IMG/VR virus record: IMGVR_UViG_3300009182_000072
Location: 1-58,640 of that record
Strand: one strand, 5' to 3'
Source: a virus
Taxonomy: Duplodnaviria; Caudoviricetes
DNA length: 58,640 nt
Position numbers and translations under genes: made by a program. A model generated the notes under the pieces. That model made no database searches. It saw only the letters and a program-made list of their open reading frames with translations, and was not told the origin of the DNA. How positions within the stretch are numbered: the first letter of the stretch is position 1; the number at the start of each line of letters is the position of its first letter. Shown one piece after another: positions 46,531 to 57,944 of the stretch.

Positions 46531-46935
46531 ATGGCAAATCCAAATATCGTATCAGTAGCTACTATCAATGGTGCTACTACATATCAAGCATTGACAAACA
46601 CAAACGATAATGCTTTAATTACTAATGCTGCATCTAGCAGTACTATTATTAAAGTTAACAATATTTTTGTATCAAACGTAAATGGTGTTTCAGCTGCGAC
46701 TGTATCACTATCATTCCGCTCTGCTGCAAATACTGTTACTAGTGGTACACTTTCAACTGCGGCTAGTGGTACTGCATATCGTATGGTATATCAAGTTTCT
46801 GTTCCAGCTAACTCAACTCTAATGTTGTTGGATAAAGCTGGTTCAATCTACTTGACAGAAAATACTTCATTATCAATTCAGGCTGGTACAGCAAGTTATC
46901 TAGAGGTTGTTGCTTCATACGAAACAATTTCTTAA
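46531..46935 (+). CDS. structural protein
   Basis: MANPNIV...VPANSTL...IYL.E...SYE.IS; GAGG SD. Confidence 0.75.
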   Translation: MANPNIVSVATINGATTYQALTNTNDNALITNAASSSTIIKVNNIFVSNVNGVSAATVSLSFRSAANTVTSGTLSTAASGTAYRMVYQVSVPANSTLMLLDKAGSIYLTENTSLSIQAGTASYLEVVASYETIS

Positions 46936-46963
46936 TTTTAGTTTTTGAATAAGACGGGACACC

Positions 46964-49900
46964 ATGTCTAAGAGATACCCAGGAAATTTTATTACTGGAA
47001 ACCCAGTAGCACTATCACAAACATCAAATAATGGTGTATGGGATTTAAAAGATAATTATGCTGCAACGAATGCGGGCACATGGCAGGAAAATGATGGTAT
47101 CTATGAGATTCCAAATTCTCTAAGATTTAGATCTGCAACAACTCCATATCTTCAAAGAACTCCAACAGTTGCTGGTAATCAGAGAACATTTACAATATCC
47201 TATTGGCTTAAAAAGGGTAGTGCTGACACAGATAGACAAGTTGTTAGTTTTGGTAATACACTATCATTCTTAATTTACCATGGCGGCAGTAATACTCAAG
47301 AATTTGCAATGGGTTCTCAATCCCTTGGTGTTTCAAATCCATGGTACTTGTCATCTGTAGCAAAATTCCGAGACGTTGGCGGTTGGTATCACTTTGTAGT
47401 AGCAATAGACACAACACAAACTACTCCATCAAACAGAGCACTTGCATGGGTTAATGGGGTTCAAATAACTGCATGGAGAGACAACGCACCTCCATCGCAA
47501 AACTATGATACTGGTGCTAGTTCAGCAACTAGCCACTCAATTGGTCGTAGAGAAGATAATGGTTACGGTTTGTTGGATGGTTACCTAGCTGAATTTAATT
47601 GGGTAGATGGTCAAGCACTAGATCCGTCATACTTTGGTTATACAGATTCTACTACTGGTATCTGGCAACCAAAACGATATACTGGTGGTTATGGTACAAA
47701 TGGTTGCTACTTACCATTTAATCAGTACACTTCTCAAAGAATGCTTGGTAAGAATTATAACTCAAGCAATCTAATTACGTACTCAGAACAATTTGATAAT
47801 GCTGCATGGTTAAAACCAGCATCAGCAGTAGCCACAGTCGTTACTGCAAATGCTACAACCGCTCCTGATGGAAGTACTACTGCAGATTTATTAACTTTTG
47901 CTGGTGCCACAACTCACCCATGTTATCAAGAATATACTGTACCAACTTTTGTAGTAGGTGATACGTATACTGCAAGTGCTTACTTAAAGACTTCAGTTGC
48001 AGGTACATATAATTTGCAGCTAGTTTATTTCTATACTAGTGGTGGTAATCAAGATGGTTATACTCAGGTAGTATTTGATTCAAATGGTAATTTAACTTCT
48101 GCTACGCCACTTTACGGTTCTTATGCAGCATCTAAAGTACAATACGTTGGTAATGGATGGTATCGTGTTTCTGTAACTAATCAATGGTTAAATCAGGGTG
48201 GGGCATTCTCTGGAACAGTTATTCGTATGTCGATCGGACAAGGTTCTGGTGCATCTTCAATCTACGCATGGGGTGCACAATTAAACCTTGGTAATACTGC
48301 TGATACATATAAACAAACAGTTGCATCTGTTATTAATAATAGCTGGAATCCAAATGGTGGTCTAGTTGTAAGCACCAGTTTAGTTGCGAATACAGGTAAT
48401 ATCAATCACAGTAGATATCTAAGATATACTGATGCTACTTTACCAACTACCAGTGGTACAATTTATAGCGTATTTAGTGGTTATGGTACAGGCGGTGAAG
48501 GTAAGAACAGCGTTGAAATACGATATACACCTCCAACTGCAATTGCATATAATACTCTTGAAATTAAGTGGGGTGATAGTAATAATAACAATAGTGCAGG
48601 TGCTCCGCTATTTGTAAATGGCACACAAGTTGCAACTGTTAATGGTGGTCAGGGTGGTGGTAAAACGCAGATATATCAGGCTACAAGCGGTACACTTACA
48701 TCATGTGGTGTGGGTGGTGGTATTAGTGGTCAGTATGGTGCACACATAGATTATATTAAAATCAATGGTGTGTTTTTGGCAGATGCTAACCTTAATGATA
48801 TATCATTGGATTCACCTACTAATGTATTTACATCAGCAACTGATATCGGTGGGGTATTTTCTGGTAACTATTGTACGCTAAATTCATTATGGAAACGTAA
48901 TGTATCATCTTATGCTACAATTACTCATGGGGGATCTCAAGCATCTGGTACTGGTGAGTATTCAGGATCAATGGTTGTTACTAGTGGAAAGTGGTATTGG
49001 GAAGCATATCAGTATGGAGCAGCTGGTGCTCAAGGCGATTATATTGGTTTTTCTAATTATTTCACACCAGATGTTGGTAGCAATCTTAGATTATATGGAT
49101 CTAATGGACAGTGGTATAATGGTTCATGGCAAACAGCTACATGGCCAACCTATACTGATGGAGATCTTATTGGTGTTGCTGTAGATGTTGATGCTGGTAC
49201 TTCAACTTTCTATAAGAATGGTGTATCTGCTGGTTCAATTACATTTGCTGCAGGTAATCCAGTAATGCCATTCGGAAATATTGCAACTGGTTCTACTTAT
49301 ACAAATTATAATTTTGGACAACGTCAATTCCAATATACTCCACCAACTGGATATAAATCTTTAAATACTACAAACCTACAAGCACTTGGTTCAGCTTATG
49401 TTGCTACTGCTGGTATAAATCCAAGCAAATGGTTTGATACTATTGTTTATACTGGTAATAGTGCTAATACGGGAAATAAAATTAGCACATTAAATTTTGC
49501 ACCAGATTTTCTTTGGATTAAGAACAGAGGTGCCGCAATAACTCATAGCATATATGATACACGTCGTGGTGCTGGTAGACGTTTAAGTATAGCAGACAAT
49601 ACTGTAGAAAATAATTATGAATCGCAGATGACTTCATTTAATAGTGATGGTTTTACTGTTGCAACTACTAATAATGAAGTTAACGAAGCTGGTAAATCTT
49701 ATGTTGCATGGAATTGGAAAGAATCAGTTGTATCTGGTTTAAATATTATTACATATACAGGTACTGGCTCAACAACTTCTATCTCACATAATCTTGGTGT
49801 AGTTCCAAGCATGGTTATTGTTAAGGTTAGAACTGGTGGTGCAAATGACTGGTATTTTAAGCATAAGAGTCTTGCAAGTGGATATAATCTTGTAATGGAT

Positions 49901-50425
49901 TCAGTTTCCTCACCAGTTCAACCAACATCTAATGGATATATTGGAGATTTGTCTTCTTCTAGTACTATTAGTCTTGTATCTGGATCAAGTACTTCACAAA
50001 ACGTAAATGCTTCTGGGTGGACTTATGTTGCATATGTATTCGCTGAAGTTCCAGGATTTAGTAAGTTTGGTTTTTATACTGCGAATAATGCTGCTGATGG
50101 ACCATTTGTTTACCTAGGATTTAAACCAAAATATATTATGGTTAGATCAATAGCTAGTAGTGTGAATAGAGATTGGTTAGTTTGGGATTCTACTAGAACT
50201 CCATATAATAACTACAACACATCAGACCCACATGCTGGAGCGCAAGCGTTTATTACTGGCACATCATATACTGGAACACCAGGTTATAGTGATGCGATTG
50301 ATTATCTAAGCAATGGATTTAAGTTTAGAAATGCTGCTTCTCCAAATTATAATGCATCTAGTGAAACATATATTTACGCTGCTTTTGCCGAGTCACCATT
50401 TGCCCTAAATAATAGAGCAATATAA
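46964..50425 (+). CDS. fibre/adhesin A (LamG, CBM-like, SPRY, C-terminal module)
   Basis: SLRFRS, WYHFVVAIDT, DGQALDPS.FG; GKWYWE, GDLIGVAVD, FYKNG, NFGQ. Confidence 0.8.
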   Translation: MSKRYPGNFITGNPVALSQTSNNGVWDLKDNYAATNAGTWQENDGIYEIPNSLRFRSATTPYLQRTPTVAGNQRTFTISYWLKKGSADTDRQVVSFGNTLSFLIYHGGSNTQEFAMGSQSLGVSNPWYLSSVAKFRDVGGWYHFVVAIDTTQTTPSNRALAWVNGVQITAWRDNAPPSQNYDTGASSATSHSIGRREDNGYGLLDGYLAEFNWVDGQALDPSYFGYTDSTTGIWQPKRYTGGYGTNGCYLPFNQYTSQRMLGKNYNSSNLITYSEQFDNAAWLKPASAVATVVTANATTAPDGSTTADLLTFAGATTHPCYQEYTVPTFVVGDTYTASAYLKTSVAGTYNLQLVYFYTSGGNQDGYTQVVFDSNGNLTSATPLYGSYAASKVQYVGNGWYRVSVTNQWLNQGGAFSGTVIRMSIGQGSGASSIYAWGAQLNLGNTADTYKQTVASVINNSWNPNGGLVVSTSLVANTGNINHSRYLRYTDATLPTTSGTIYSVFSGYGTGGEGKNSVEIRYTPPTAIAYNTLEIKWGDSNNNNSAGAPLFVNGTQVATVNGGQGGGKTQIYQATSGTLTSCGVGGGISGQYGAHIDYIKINGVFLADANLNDISLDSPTNVFTSATDIGGVFSGNYCTLNSLWKRNVSSYATITHGGSQASGTGEYSGSMVVTSGKWYWEAYQYGAAGAQGDYIGFSNYFTPDVGSNLRLYGSNGQWYNGSWQTATWPTYTDGDLIGVAVDVDAGTSTFYKNGVSAGSITFAAGNPVMPFGNIATGSTYTNYNFGQRQFQYTPPTGYKSLNTTNLQALGSAYVATAGINPSKWFDTIVYTGNSANTGNKISTLNFAPDFLWIKNRGAAITHSIYDTRRGAGRRLSIADNTVENNYESQMTSFNSDGFTVATTNNEVNEAGKSYVAWNWKESVVSGLNIITYTGTGSTTSISHNLGVVPSMVIVKVRTGGANDWYFKHKSLASGYNLVMDSVSSPVQPTSNGYIGDLSSSSTISLVSGSSTSQNVNASGWTYVAYVFAEVPGFSKFGFYTANNAADGPFVYLGFKPKYIMVRSIASSVNRDWLVWDSTRTPYNNYNTSDPHAGAQAFITGTSYTGTPGYSDAIDYLSNGFKFRNAASPNYNASSETYIYAAFAESPFALNNRAI

Positions 50426-50436
50426 AGAGAAAAGAA

Positions 50437-50889
50437 ATGACAACTTACTACTTAAATGGAACAGCACTTCATGAAGATGCTGACTTTACAATTAATGGAA
50501 TGTCTTATCCATACTCATGGTTAGAAGGTACTTCGCCATCAGTTCGTGCATCACTGGGTATTGAGAAAACTGGCGATATCAATTTTGATACTGCATATTA
50601 CTGGGCTGTAGGAAATCCAAAAGATCTTGAAGATACACAAGATACAAAGGGTTTAAAAACTACTTGTACTGCTACTATTAAATCGCTTACAAATACTCTA
50701 TTGAAGTCAACAGATTACTACATCCTACGTCATGAAGTTGAACAAGCAGAAATTCCAGAAACAGTTGTAACATATCGTGCAGCTGTTATTGAGGAATCAG
50801 AAAGAGTAGTAACAGCTATCGCTGATGTAACTACAGTTGAAGGATTGGTTACCGTAATGGGATCAATCGTTTGGCCAGAAGCTAAATAA
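50437..50889 (+). CDS. fibre assembly chaperone-like protein
   Basis: LLKSTDYYILR...IPETVVTYRAAV...WP; late box CTAAATA at 50405-50411. Confidence 0.7.
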   Translation: MTTYYLNGTALHEDADFTINGMSYPYSWLEGTSPSVRASLGIEKTGDINFDTAYYWAVGNPKDLEDTQDTKGLKTTCTATIKSLTNTLLKSTDYYILRHEVEQAEIPETVVTYRAAVIEESERVVTAIADVTTVEGLVTVMGSIVWPEAK

Positions 50890-50915
50890 TATAGAATATA
50901 CTTTAGGGCAAACAC

Positions 50916-53900
50916 ATGACTCGTCGTAATACTGGTGGATTTATATCTGCCACTGAACAAGCTACTGACGCTAATACAGCGAATGGTATCTTTACGCTAT
51001 CCGATGCTGCCGCTGCAACAAAGGCTGGCGTATTTCCAACTGGTCGTTGGACACCTCAAGCATCTGCTAGATTTAGAAGTAGTGCATCTGCTTATCTAAG
51101 TAGAACACCATCTGTAGCTGGGAATCGCCAAAAGTTTACTGTAAGCATGTGGCTTAAACTTGGTGCAACTGGCACAAGTTCTCGTGGTGGATTATTTGGT
51201 TCTGGAAACTGCGCAACTGGCGGTGGTTCGGGTATGGGTGTTCATATTCGTGGTACTAGTGAAGGTAGTAATATTCAATTGTTCCTTGGTGGTGGAACAA
51301 CAATGTTATTAGCTTCTACTCAATATTTCCGAGATCCAAGCGCATGGTACCATTTTGTTATTGCATGGGACACAACCCAAGCAATTGCATCTAATCGTGT
51401 GCGTGTTTACGTTAATAATTTAGAAATATCCTCATGGCCTTCTAATACACAAATTTCTCAAAATTATTCTTTGGATTGGAATAATTCAGGCTCCGCAATG
51501 TATATCGGTGCATACAATGATGGTACGCCAATTTCCACATTTTTTGATGGATACATGACTGAAATCAATCATATTGATGGTCAACAATTAACTCCAGCAT
51601 CTTTTGGTACTACTGATCCAGAGACTGGTACATGGATTCCTAAAATTTATTCTGGTACTTACGGTACTAATGGTTTTTATCTACCATTTAATCAAGCTAG
51701 TTCTCTTGGATCAGATCGTTCTGGTAACGGTAATAATTTAACTCCAAATAATTTCACTACATCTGGTGGTGGTTCTGTAGCTAATGTTGTTACATTCCCA
51801 GTCGTAGGAACTACATCTTGGACTGCTCCAGCAAACGTAACTTCTGTTAACTACCTAGTAGTTGCTGGTGGTGGTGGTGGTTATATCGGTGGTGGTGGTG
51901 CTGGTGGTATGCTTACTGGTTCGCTATCTGTGACACCTGGAACTGCATATACAGTAACTGTTGGTAATGGTGGTGCTACAAATACCAATGGTACCAATTC
52001 AGTATTCAGTTCGATCACAGCAACTGGTGGTGGTGGTGGAGCAGTTGGAGGTGCAGCTAATACTGGTGGTTCTGGTGGCGGTGGTTCGTATAGCAATGGT
52101 GCTGGTGCTGCTGGTACAGGTGGTCAAGGTAATGCTGGTGGTACTGGCAGTTCAGTCAGTGGTGGCGGTGGTGGTGGTGCTGGCGCAACTGGCGGCAATG
52201 GCTCTGGAACAACTGGTGGTGCTGGTGGCGTTGGATTAGCTTCATCTATATCAGGCGTTTCAACTTATTACGCTGGTGGTGGTGGTGGTTCTTGCGGTAG
52301 TGGAACTGTGTCGGGTGGTAATGGTGGCGGTGGTTCTGGATCACAAAATAACGCAGCCATTGGCGCTGGAACAGCTAATACTGGTGGCGGTGGTGGTGGT
52401 AATCAAGCAGTAACTTCACCAAGTGGTGGTACTGGTGTTGTTATTCTTTCGTACACTTATGCTAATACCATATCAACTTATGATTCAATGGTTGATGTTC
52501 CAGGTATTCCAGCAGTAACATCTCAACAAGATGTTGGTGGTGTTCAACGTGGTAACTATGCCACACTAAATTCAGTCATTCCAGTTTATTCATCTGCAAC
52601 TACTTTTTCTAATGGAAATCTAGGATTTACTGTTACTTCTAATGGTGGTGTTACAGATTCTGCGTTTTCATCTATTGCAGTTTCATCTGGAAAATGGTAT
52701 GCAGAATGCACAGTGACGGCAACTCCATCAGCTGGTACTGCTTGGATTGGTGTATGCTCTAATGTCCCAGCTACAGCTAGAGGATTAAATGGTGCTGGTG
52801 TTCGTTCTAATGGCTATTCATATAAACAATCAACTGGTAATAAATGTGGTGCTGATAATACTGGCACTGCTTATGGCGCAACATATACAACTGGTGATAT
52901 AATCGGTATAGCATTAGATTTAGATAACAGAACTATTACATTCTATAAGAATGGAATTTCTCAAGGAGTTGCTTATACAAGCATAACTTCTACTGATGGG
53001 AACTTTGTATTTGGTGTTGATTCAGATCCAACTGCAACATTCAATTGGAATTTTGGTCAGCGTCCATTCTCCTTTACTCCACCAATAGGTTTTAAATCAA
53101 TCTGTACAACAAACTTACCAAACCCGATTATCAAACGATCAAACGATCACTTTGATATTAAAACATACACTGGCAATGGTAATCAGTTAATGGTTGGTAA
53201 TACACCTAAACAGTTGGCTTCTGCTGCAATTGGTAAGTCGTTAAGATTCAAGTCAGCAGCTAAAACTTATTTGAATAGATTTATTCCTGGTGGTGCAAAG
53301 TTCAATGGTAGTAACCAATACTTGTCATTGTCTACTCAAACTGCATTTGACTTCGGTACTGGTGACGCTACAGTTGAGTTCTTCTTTAACTCTCCAGGTA
53401 CTTCTAATAATTATCCTGGTATTGTTAGTGGTGCAAACTATAACCTTGCTGGTTCTGCTAGTATTCGATTTGATGTTACTGGACAAAAAGGTAAAGTATA
53501 CATGTATCTTAATGGTAGTGGTGCAGACCCTATTATTACAAGTACAACAACAATTGCGTACAACACATGGCACCATGTTGCCATCACTCGTACAGGAACA
53601 TCTTTAAAATTGTATCTAGATGGAGTATTGGATACCACAGTAACAATTAGTGCTGGACAAGGTTTCAATCTAGGTTATGGTGGTTTGTATATTGGTCGTG
53701 GCTTTGACGTTGATACCTCAAATGCATACTACAATGGATATATCTCCAATGTCAGATTAGTTAAAGGTGTTGTAGTTTATACTGGTAATTTTACTGTACC
53801 AACTACTGCTCTAACAGCCACACAAAGTTCTGGTACTAACATTAGTGCAATTACTGGCGTACAAACTAGCTTATTATTAATGGCACAAAATAGTTTAGCA

Positions 53901-56900
53901 AATAATTTGCAAAATAACTACGCTCAAGATACTAGCACTAATGGATTTACTGTAACCAACAATAACACAGTACTGGTATCATCATCACCAAAACTTCCTG
54001 TACTGGGTTCAGCACTTGGAAGCACAACAACTTGGACTTGGAGTGGTTGGGTAAAACGTACTACTGTTGGAACTTCACAAAGAATTCTTAGTTACGCAGA
54101 TGCAGCTGGATGGGATAGTGCTCTACTCTTTGATAGTTCTAATAAATTGCGTTTCTATGAAACTCAAAATAGTTCTTTTATTTGGGATGTTAAAACTAAT
54201 GCTGCATACTCAGAAACAACTCAATGGTATCACATAGCTTGTGTACTTGATACAACTAATGCTGTTGCATCTCAACGAGTTAAACTATATGTTAATGGTG
54301 TTCAAATAACATCTCTAGCAACTGCTACATATCCAGCTCAAAATACAACTGGTAATTATAATAATGCAACTTATAACAACTTGGTTATTGGTGGCTATTA
54401 CCCAGATCGTTCATCAGATGCACTTGATGGATACTTAGCTGAAGTCAACTTTATTGATGGTCAAGCCCTAACTCCATCATCTTTTGGAACTTTTGACGCT
54501 AACAATAACTGGGCTCCTAAAACATATACTGGTACATATGGTGTAGGTGGTTTCCGATTAGACTTTAGTGATGCTGATGCGGGTATGACAAACCCGTCAT
54601 GGGCTGTACCAAACGCAGGCATGGGTAAAGATGTTAGCGGAAATGGAAACTATTTCCAAGCTGTTGGTTTCGGTCATTGGGGTGCCACAGTTCAATCGTT
54701 TACAAGTGTTGGTACAACATCATGGACTGCTCCAGCTGGAGTTACTAGCGTTAATTACCTAGTAGTTGCTGGTGGTGGTTCTGGCGGTGGACAAGGTCCA
54801 TCTGGCGGTGGCGGTGCTGGCGGTGTTGTTACTGGAACACTTGCAGTAACTCCAGGAAATTCTTATACTGTTACTGTAGGTGCTGGCGGTATTAGTACTG
54901 GTGGTTCAGTTGATGGCAATGGTCGTCCAGGTAATAACTCTGTTTTCTCAACTGTTACTGCAATTGGCGGTGGCGGTGGTATTGCATATAGTACAGATAG
55001 CGGCACATGGGCATCATCTGGTGTTGGAAATGGTGGTTCTGGCGGTGGCGGTGGTACTGGCGGTCTTGGTACTCCTGGACAAGGAAATAATGGCGGTGCT
55101 GGTAGAAATGGATCTGGTGGGTTAAACTCTGGAGATGGTTACAATAGTGGTGCTGGCGGTGGTGCGGGTATGGCTGCTGTTGCAGTTGCTCCAAACTCTG
55201 GTGCTCCTGGTGGTGCTGGTAGATTAGTTTCTATTACTGGTTCAGATGTTTACTACGGTGGTGGTGGTGGCGGTGGTATGGATTCCGCACGTGTTGGTGG
55301 TGGTACTTCTGGTGGTATCGGTGGTGGCGGTGGAGCAAACCAAGGTAGTAATGGATCTGCTGGTACAGCAAATACTGGTGGCGGTGGCGGTGGCGGATGT
55401 AATAGAAGTGGTGCTGGTGGTGCTGGTTACTCTGGCGGTGATGGTGGATCTGGTATCGTTGTTCTTGCATACAGTGCAACTGGTGCTAGAAGAACTAAAA
55501 GCTATGATCCAGTGTATGATGCTCCAGTTGATACTACAGATTCTAGTGGTAACATTATTGGTAACTACGCAACTTGGCGCAGTGTTTCAAACGTATCAGA
55601 AGGTAATTTAACATTATTCGGTACTGGTGCTAGCGCAGCTGCGAATTTAGCATCAACCACTGGTAAATGGTATGCAGAATTTACTTGCATATATGGTACT
55701 GTGGGAGATACCAATACATTCTATATCAATGGTGGTAATGTTGCACTATATGGAACTTCTGGTAATGCTTATTACAATGGTGGTTGGAACTCATATGGAT
55801 CTAGTTACACTACTGGAGATATAATTGGATGTGCCGTAGATATGGATGCGGGATCTGTTACATTCTATAAAAACAATGTGGCGCAACCAACATTAACAAT
55901 AGCTGGTACTGCAAATGGTGCTTTGACCTTTGCGTCGGGGAATTCTGGAGCGAATTCAAACTCTGGTTATTATGCTAACTTTGGTCAACAAGGATTTACT
56001 TATACTCCACCTACTGGATTTAAAGCACTGAATACAAAGAATCTAAAAGATGTTGGTTCGTATAACCTACCAGATTCATTCGGTAACTTTGTAAATACTC
56101 CAGACTTGGTTTGGACTAAATCACGTAGTGCTGTTGATAACCATTATGCACATGATACTGTTAGAGGTGCAGGTAATCGTCAGTGCCCTAACCTAGCAAT
56201 AGGTGACGCAGTTGAAACTAAAGTAATTGGATTCCTTCCAAATGGGTTTCTTCATGGTCCAGATGTTGGTGGAAATACCTCTGGCGCAACTTATGTTGCT
56301 TGGATGTGGAATCGTGGTAAAGTACCAGGATTTGATATTGTAACTTATACTGGTAATGGTCTAGCTCAAACCATCCCACATAACCTAGGACAAACTCCAG
56401 CATTCATGGCTGTTAAGAATATTACTAACAGTACAAATAGTAACTGGATGGTTTATCATAAGAACTTAGGTGCTACATACGCTGGAAACTTTAATGGTGC
56501 AACTGCCTTTGGTACAAGTACTGGTTACTGGAATGATACTGCACCTGGTCCAACAAACTTTACAGTTGGTAATAATGCCAACGTAAGTACTACAAGTATA
56601 TCTTATGTTGCTTATCTGTGGGCAGAAGTTCCAGGATTTAGTAAGATGGGTGAGTGGACAGGTAATGTTTCTGCTGATGGTCCATTCGTTTACTGTGGAT
56701 TTAGACCAAAATATATCTTGCTTAAACAAGCACTAGGCTCAGGAAACTGGGATATTTTAGATACTGCAAGAAATCCAATAAATCCAACAACTCAAAGATT
56801 ATTAGGTGAGTCAACCGCAGCTGAGTTTGCAAATCTATCTTCAATGATTGACTTTACTGCAAATGGATTTAAAGTAAGAAATACTGATACTAGCTATAAT

Positions 56901-56969
56901 TCTTCTGGTGTTAGATATCTTTTCGTTGCTTATGCTGAGGCTCCTTTCAAGTACGCCAACGCACGATAA
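50916..56969 (+). CDS. fibre/adhesin B (three LamG, two Gly-rich, two SPRY)
   Basis: Paralogue of 46964-50425; VVAGGG...ANTGGGGGG glycine-rich domains; late box at 50882-50888. Confidence 0.8.
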   Translation: MTRRNTGGFISATEQATDANTANGIFTLSDAAAATKAGVFPTGRWTPQASARFRSSASAYLSRTPSVAGNRQKFTVSMWLKLGATGTSSRGGLFGSGNCATGGGSGMGVHIRGTSEGSNIQLFLGGGTTMLLASTQYFRDPSAWYHFVIAWDTTQAIASNRVRVYVNNLEISSWPSNTQISQNYSLDWNNSGSAMYIGAYNDGTPISTFFDGYMTEINHIDGQQLTPASFGTTDPETGTWIPKIYSGTYGTNGFYLPFNQASSLGSDRSGNGNNLTPNNFTTSGGGSVANVVTFPVVGTTSWTAPANVTSVNYLVVAGGGGGYIGGGGAGGMLTGSLSVTPGTAYTVTVGNGGATNTNGTNSVFSSITATGGGGGAVGGAANTGGSGGGGSYSNGAGAAGTGGQGNAGGTGSSVSGGGGGGAGATGGNGSGTTGGAGGVGLASSISGVSTYYAGGGGGSCGSGTVSGGNGGGGSGSQNNAAIGAGTANTGGGGGGNQAVTSPSGGTGVVILSYTYANTISTYDSMVDVPGIPAVTSQQDVGGVQRGNYATLNSVIPVYSSATTFSNGNLGFTVTSNGGVTDSAFSSIAVSSGKWYAECTVTATPSAGTAWIGVCSNVPATARGLNGAGVRSNGYSYKQSTGNKCGADNTGTAYGATYTTGDIIGIALDLDNRTITFYKNGISQGVAYTSITSTDGNFVFGVDSDPTATFNWNFGQRPFSFTPPIGFKSICTTNLPNPIIKRSNDHFDIKTYTGNGNQLMVGNTPKQLASAAIGKSLRFKSAAKTYLNRFIPGGAKFNGSNQYLSLSTQTAFDFGTGDATVEFFFNSPGTSNNYPGIVSGANYNLAGSASIRFDVTGQKGKVYMYLNGSGADPIITSTTTIAYNTWHHVAITRTGTSLKLYLDGVLDTTVTISAGQGFNLGYGGLYIGRGFDVDTSNAYYNGYISNVRLVKGVVVYTGNFTVPTTALTATQSSGTNISAITGVQTSLLLMAQNSLANNLQNNYAQDTSTNGFTVTNNNTVLVSSSPKLPVLGSALGSTTTWTWSGWVKRTTVGTSQRILSYADAAGWDSALLFDSSNKLRFYETQNSSFIWDVKTNAAYSETTQWYHIACVLDTTNAVASQRVKLYVNGVQITSLATATYPAQNTTGNYNNATYNNLVIGGYYPDRSSDALDGYLAEVNFIDGQALTPSSFGTFDANNNWAPKTYTGTYGVGGFRLDFSDADAGMTNPSWAVPNAGMGKDVSGNGNYFQAVGFGHWGATVQSFTSVGTTSWTAPAGVTSVNYLVVAGGGSGGGQGPSGGGGAGGVVTGTLAVTPGNSYTVTVGAGGISTGGSVDGNGRPGNNSVFSTVTAIGGGGGIAYSTDSGTWASSGVGNGGSGGGGGTGGLGTPGQGNNGGAGRNGSGGLNSGDGYNSGAGGGAGMAAVAVAPNSGAPGGAGRLVSITGSDVYYGGGGGGGMDSARVGGGTSGGIGGGGGANQGSNGSAGTANTGGGGGGGCNRSGAGGAGYSGGDGGSGIVVLAYSATGARRTKSYDPVYDAPVDTTDSSGNIIGNYATWRSVSNVSEGNLTLFGTGASAAANLASTTGKWYAEFTCIYGTVGDTNTFYINGGNVALYGTSGNAYYNGGWNSYGSSYTTGDIIGCAVDMDAGSVTFYKNNVAQPTLTIAGTANGALTFASGNSGANSNSGYYANFGQQGFTYTPPTGFKALNTKNLKDVGSYNLPDSFGNFVNTPDLVWTKSRSAVDNHYAHDTVRGAGNRQCPNLAIGDAVETKVIGFLPNGFLHGPDVGGNTSGATYVAWMWNRGKVPGFDIVTYTGNGLAQTIPHNLGQTPAFMAVKNITNSTNSNWMVYHKNLGATYAGNFNGATAFGTSTGYWNDTAPGPTNFTVGNNANVSTTSISYVAYLWAEVPGFSKMGEWTGNVSADGPFVYCGFRPKYILLKQALGSGNWDILDTARNPINPTTQRLLGESTAAEFANLSSMIDFTANGFKVRNTDTSYNSSGVRYLFVAYAEAPFKYANAR

Positions 56970-56998
56970 ATAATAGAATTCTTTAAGAGGAAATAACA

Positions 56999-57508
56999 AT
57001 GTTCGCTTTAGTAAAAAATGATAACAGCATTAAACTGTTTGCCCCATACACAATCTGGGAAGATAAGAATGGGACTCAACATAGTCCAGATTCTTTACTT
57101 ACCCTAACTGCATCTCAGAAACAAGATCTAGGTATCTATGATGTAGCTTATGGTAGTCGTTTAGATGATCGTTTCTATACGATCACTGAAAATGCTCCAA
57201 CCTTTGATCAAGCACTAAAAGTTGTTAAGGTAACTTACACTTCAGTAGCAAAAGATCTAGAAAATTCTGAGCTAAAGAAAGAGTGGATTGCCAATGTCAA
57301 ACAAATGGCAAACAATACTCTCGCTCAAACTGATTGGATGTTAGTTCGTAAGATTGAACGTAGTGTAAATGTACCAGCTAAAACAGTAACATATCGTGCT
57401 GCTGTTATTGCTGAGGCTACTCGTTTAACTGCAGGCATTACTGCTGCCACAGAAATTACTGAACTTATCTCATTAGTTACTTCGATGTCTTGGCCATCTG
57501 CAGAGTAA
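56999..57508 (+). CDS. fibre assembly chaperone-like protein (paralogue of 50437-50889)
   Basis: LAQTDWMLVR...VTYRAAVI.E..WP; late box ATAAATA at 56966-56972. Confidence 0.7.
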   Translation: MFALVKNDNSIKLFAPYTIWEDKNGTQHSPDSLLTLTASQKQDLGIYDVAYGSRLDDRFYTITENAPTFDQALKVVKVTYTSVAKDLENSELKKEWIANVKQMANNTLAQTDWMLVRKIERSVNVPAKTVTYRAAVIAEATRLTAGITAATEITELISLVTSMSWPSAE

Positions 57509-57528
57509 AGGTTCTTCTCGTATAGCCT

Positions 57529-57559
57529 AATACCCCACCGAGAGTGGGGTATTTATTTT
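57529..57559 (+). terminator. rho-independent terminator
   Basis: AATACCCCAC-CGAGA-GTGGGGTATT followed by a T-rich tail. Confidence 0.85.
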
Positions 57560-57603
57560 GCAGTGATGAAAACGATAAATAAAGAGTAGAATGGGAGAAT
57601 TCT

Positions 57604-57942
57604 GTGGCATCGATAGCAAATTTATACATAGACCAAGGTTCGACTTACAGTAATGTTATAACTGTAGCGTCAAGCACAGGCGCAGCTTTAAATTTAACTG
57701 GATATACCGTTGCTTCTCAGATAAGAAAGTCTTATGGTTCTTCCACTTATTATACATTTACTGCAAGTGTTTATGACGCTGCAACAGGTAAGGTTAGATT
57801 ACAACTAACATCGACACAAACTTCTGCGATTCCAGCTGGTAGATATCTTTATGATATAGAAATCACAAATACATCTACAACTGCAAAAACAAGAATCTTG
57901 GAAGGTATTGTTATAGTAACCCCAGAAATAACGCAGATTTAA
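57604..57942 (+). CDS. Ig-like/BppU-like structural protein (GTG start)
   Basis: NLYIDQG, NLTGYT..SQIRK, GRYLYDIE, RILEG; GGAG SD; late box at 57575-57581. Confidence 0.75.
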   Translation: MASIANLYIDQGSTYSNVITVASSTGAALNLTGYTVASQIRKSYGSSTYYTFTASVYDAATGKVRLQLTSTQTSAIPAGRYLYDIEITNTSTTAKTRILEGIVIVTPEITQI

Positions 57943-57944
57943 CC

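Noticed and set aside
51860-55460. GGT-rich low-complexity tracts and His/Gln/Pro-rich antisense ORFs
   Set aside because: Explained by glycine-rich coding on the plus strand; the alternative ORFs are shadows.
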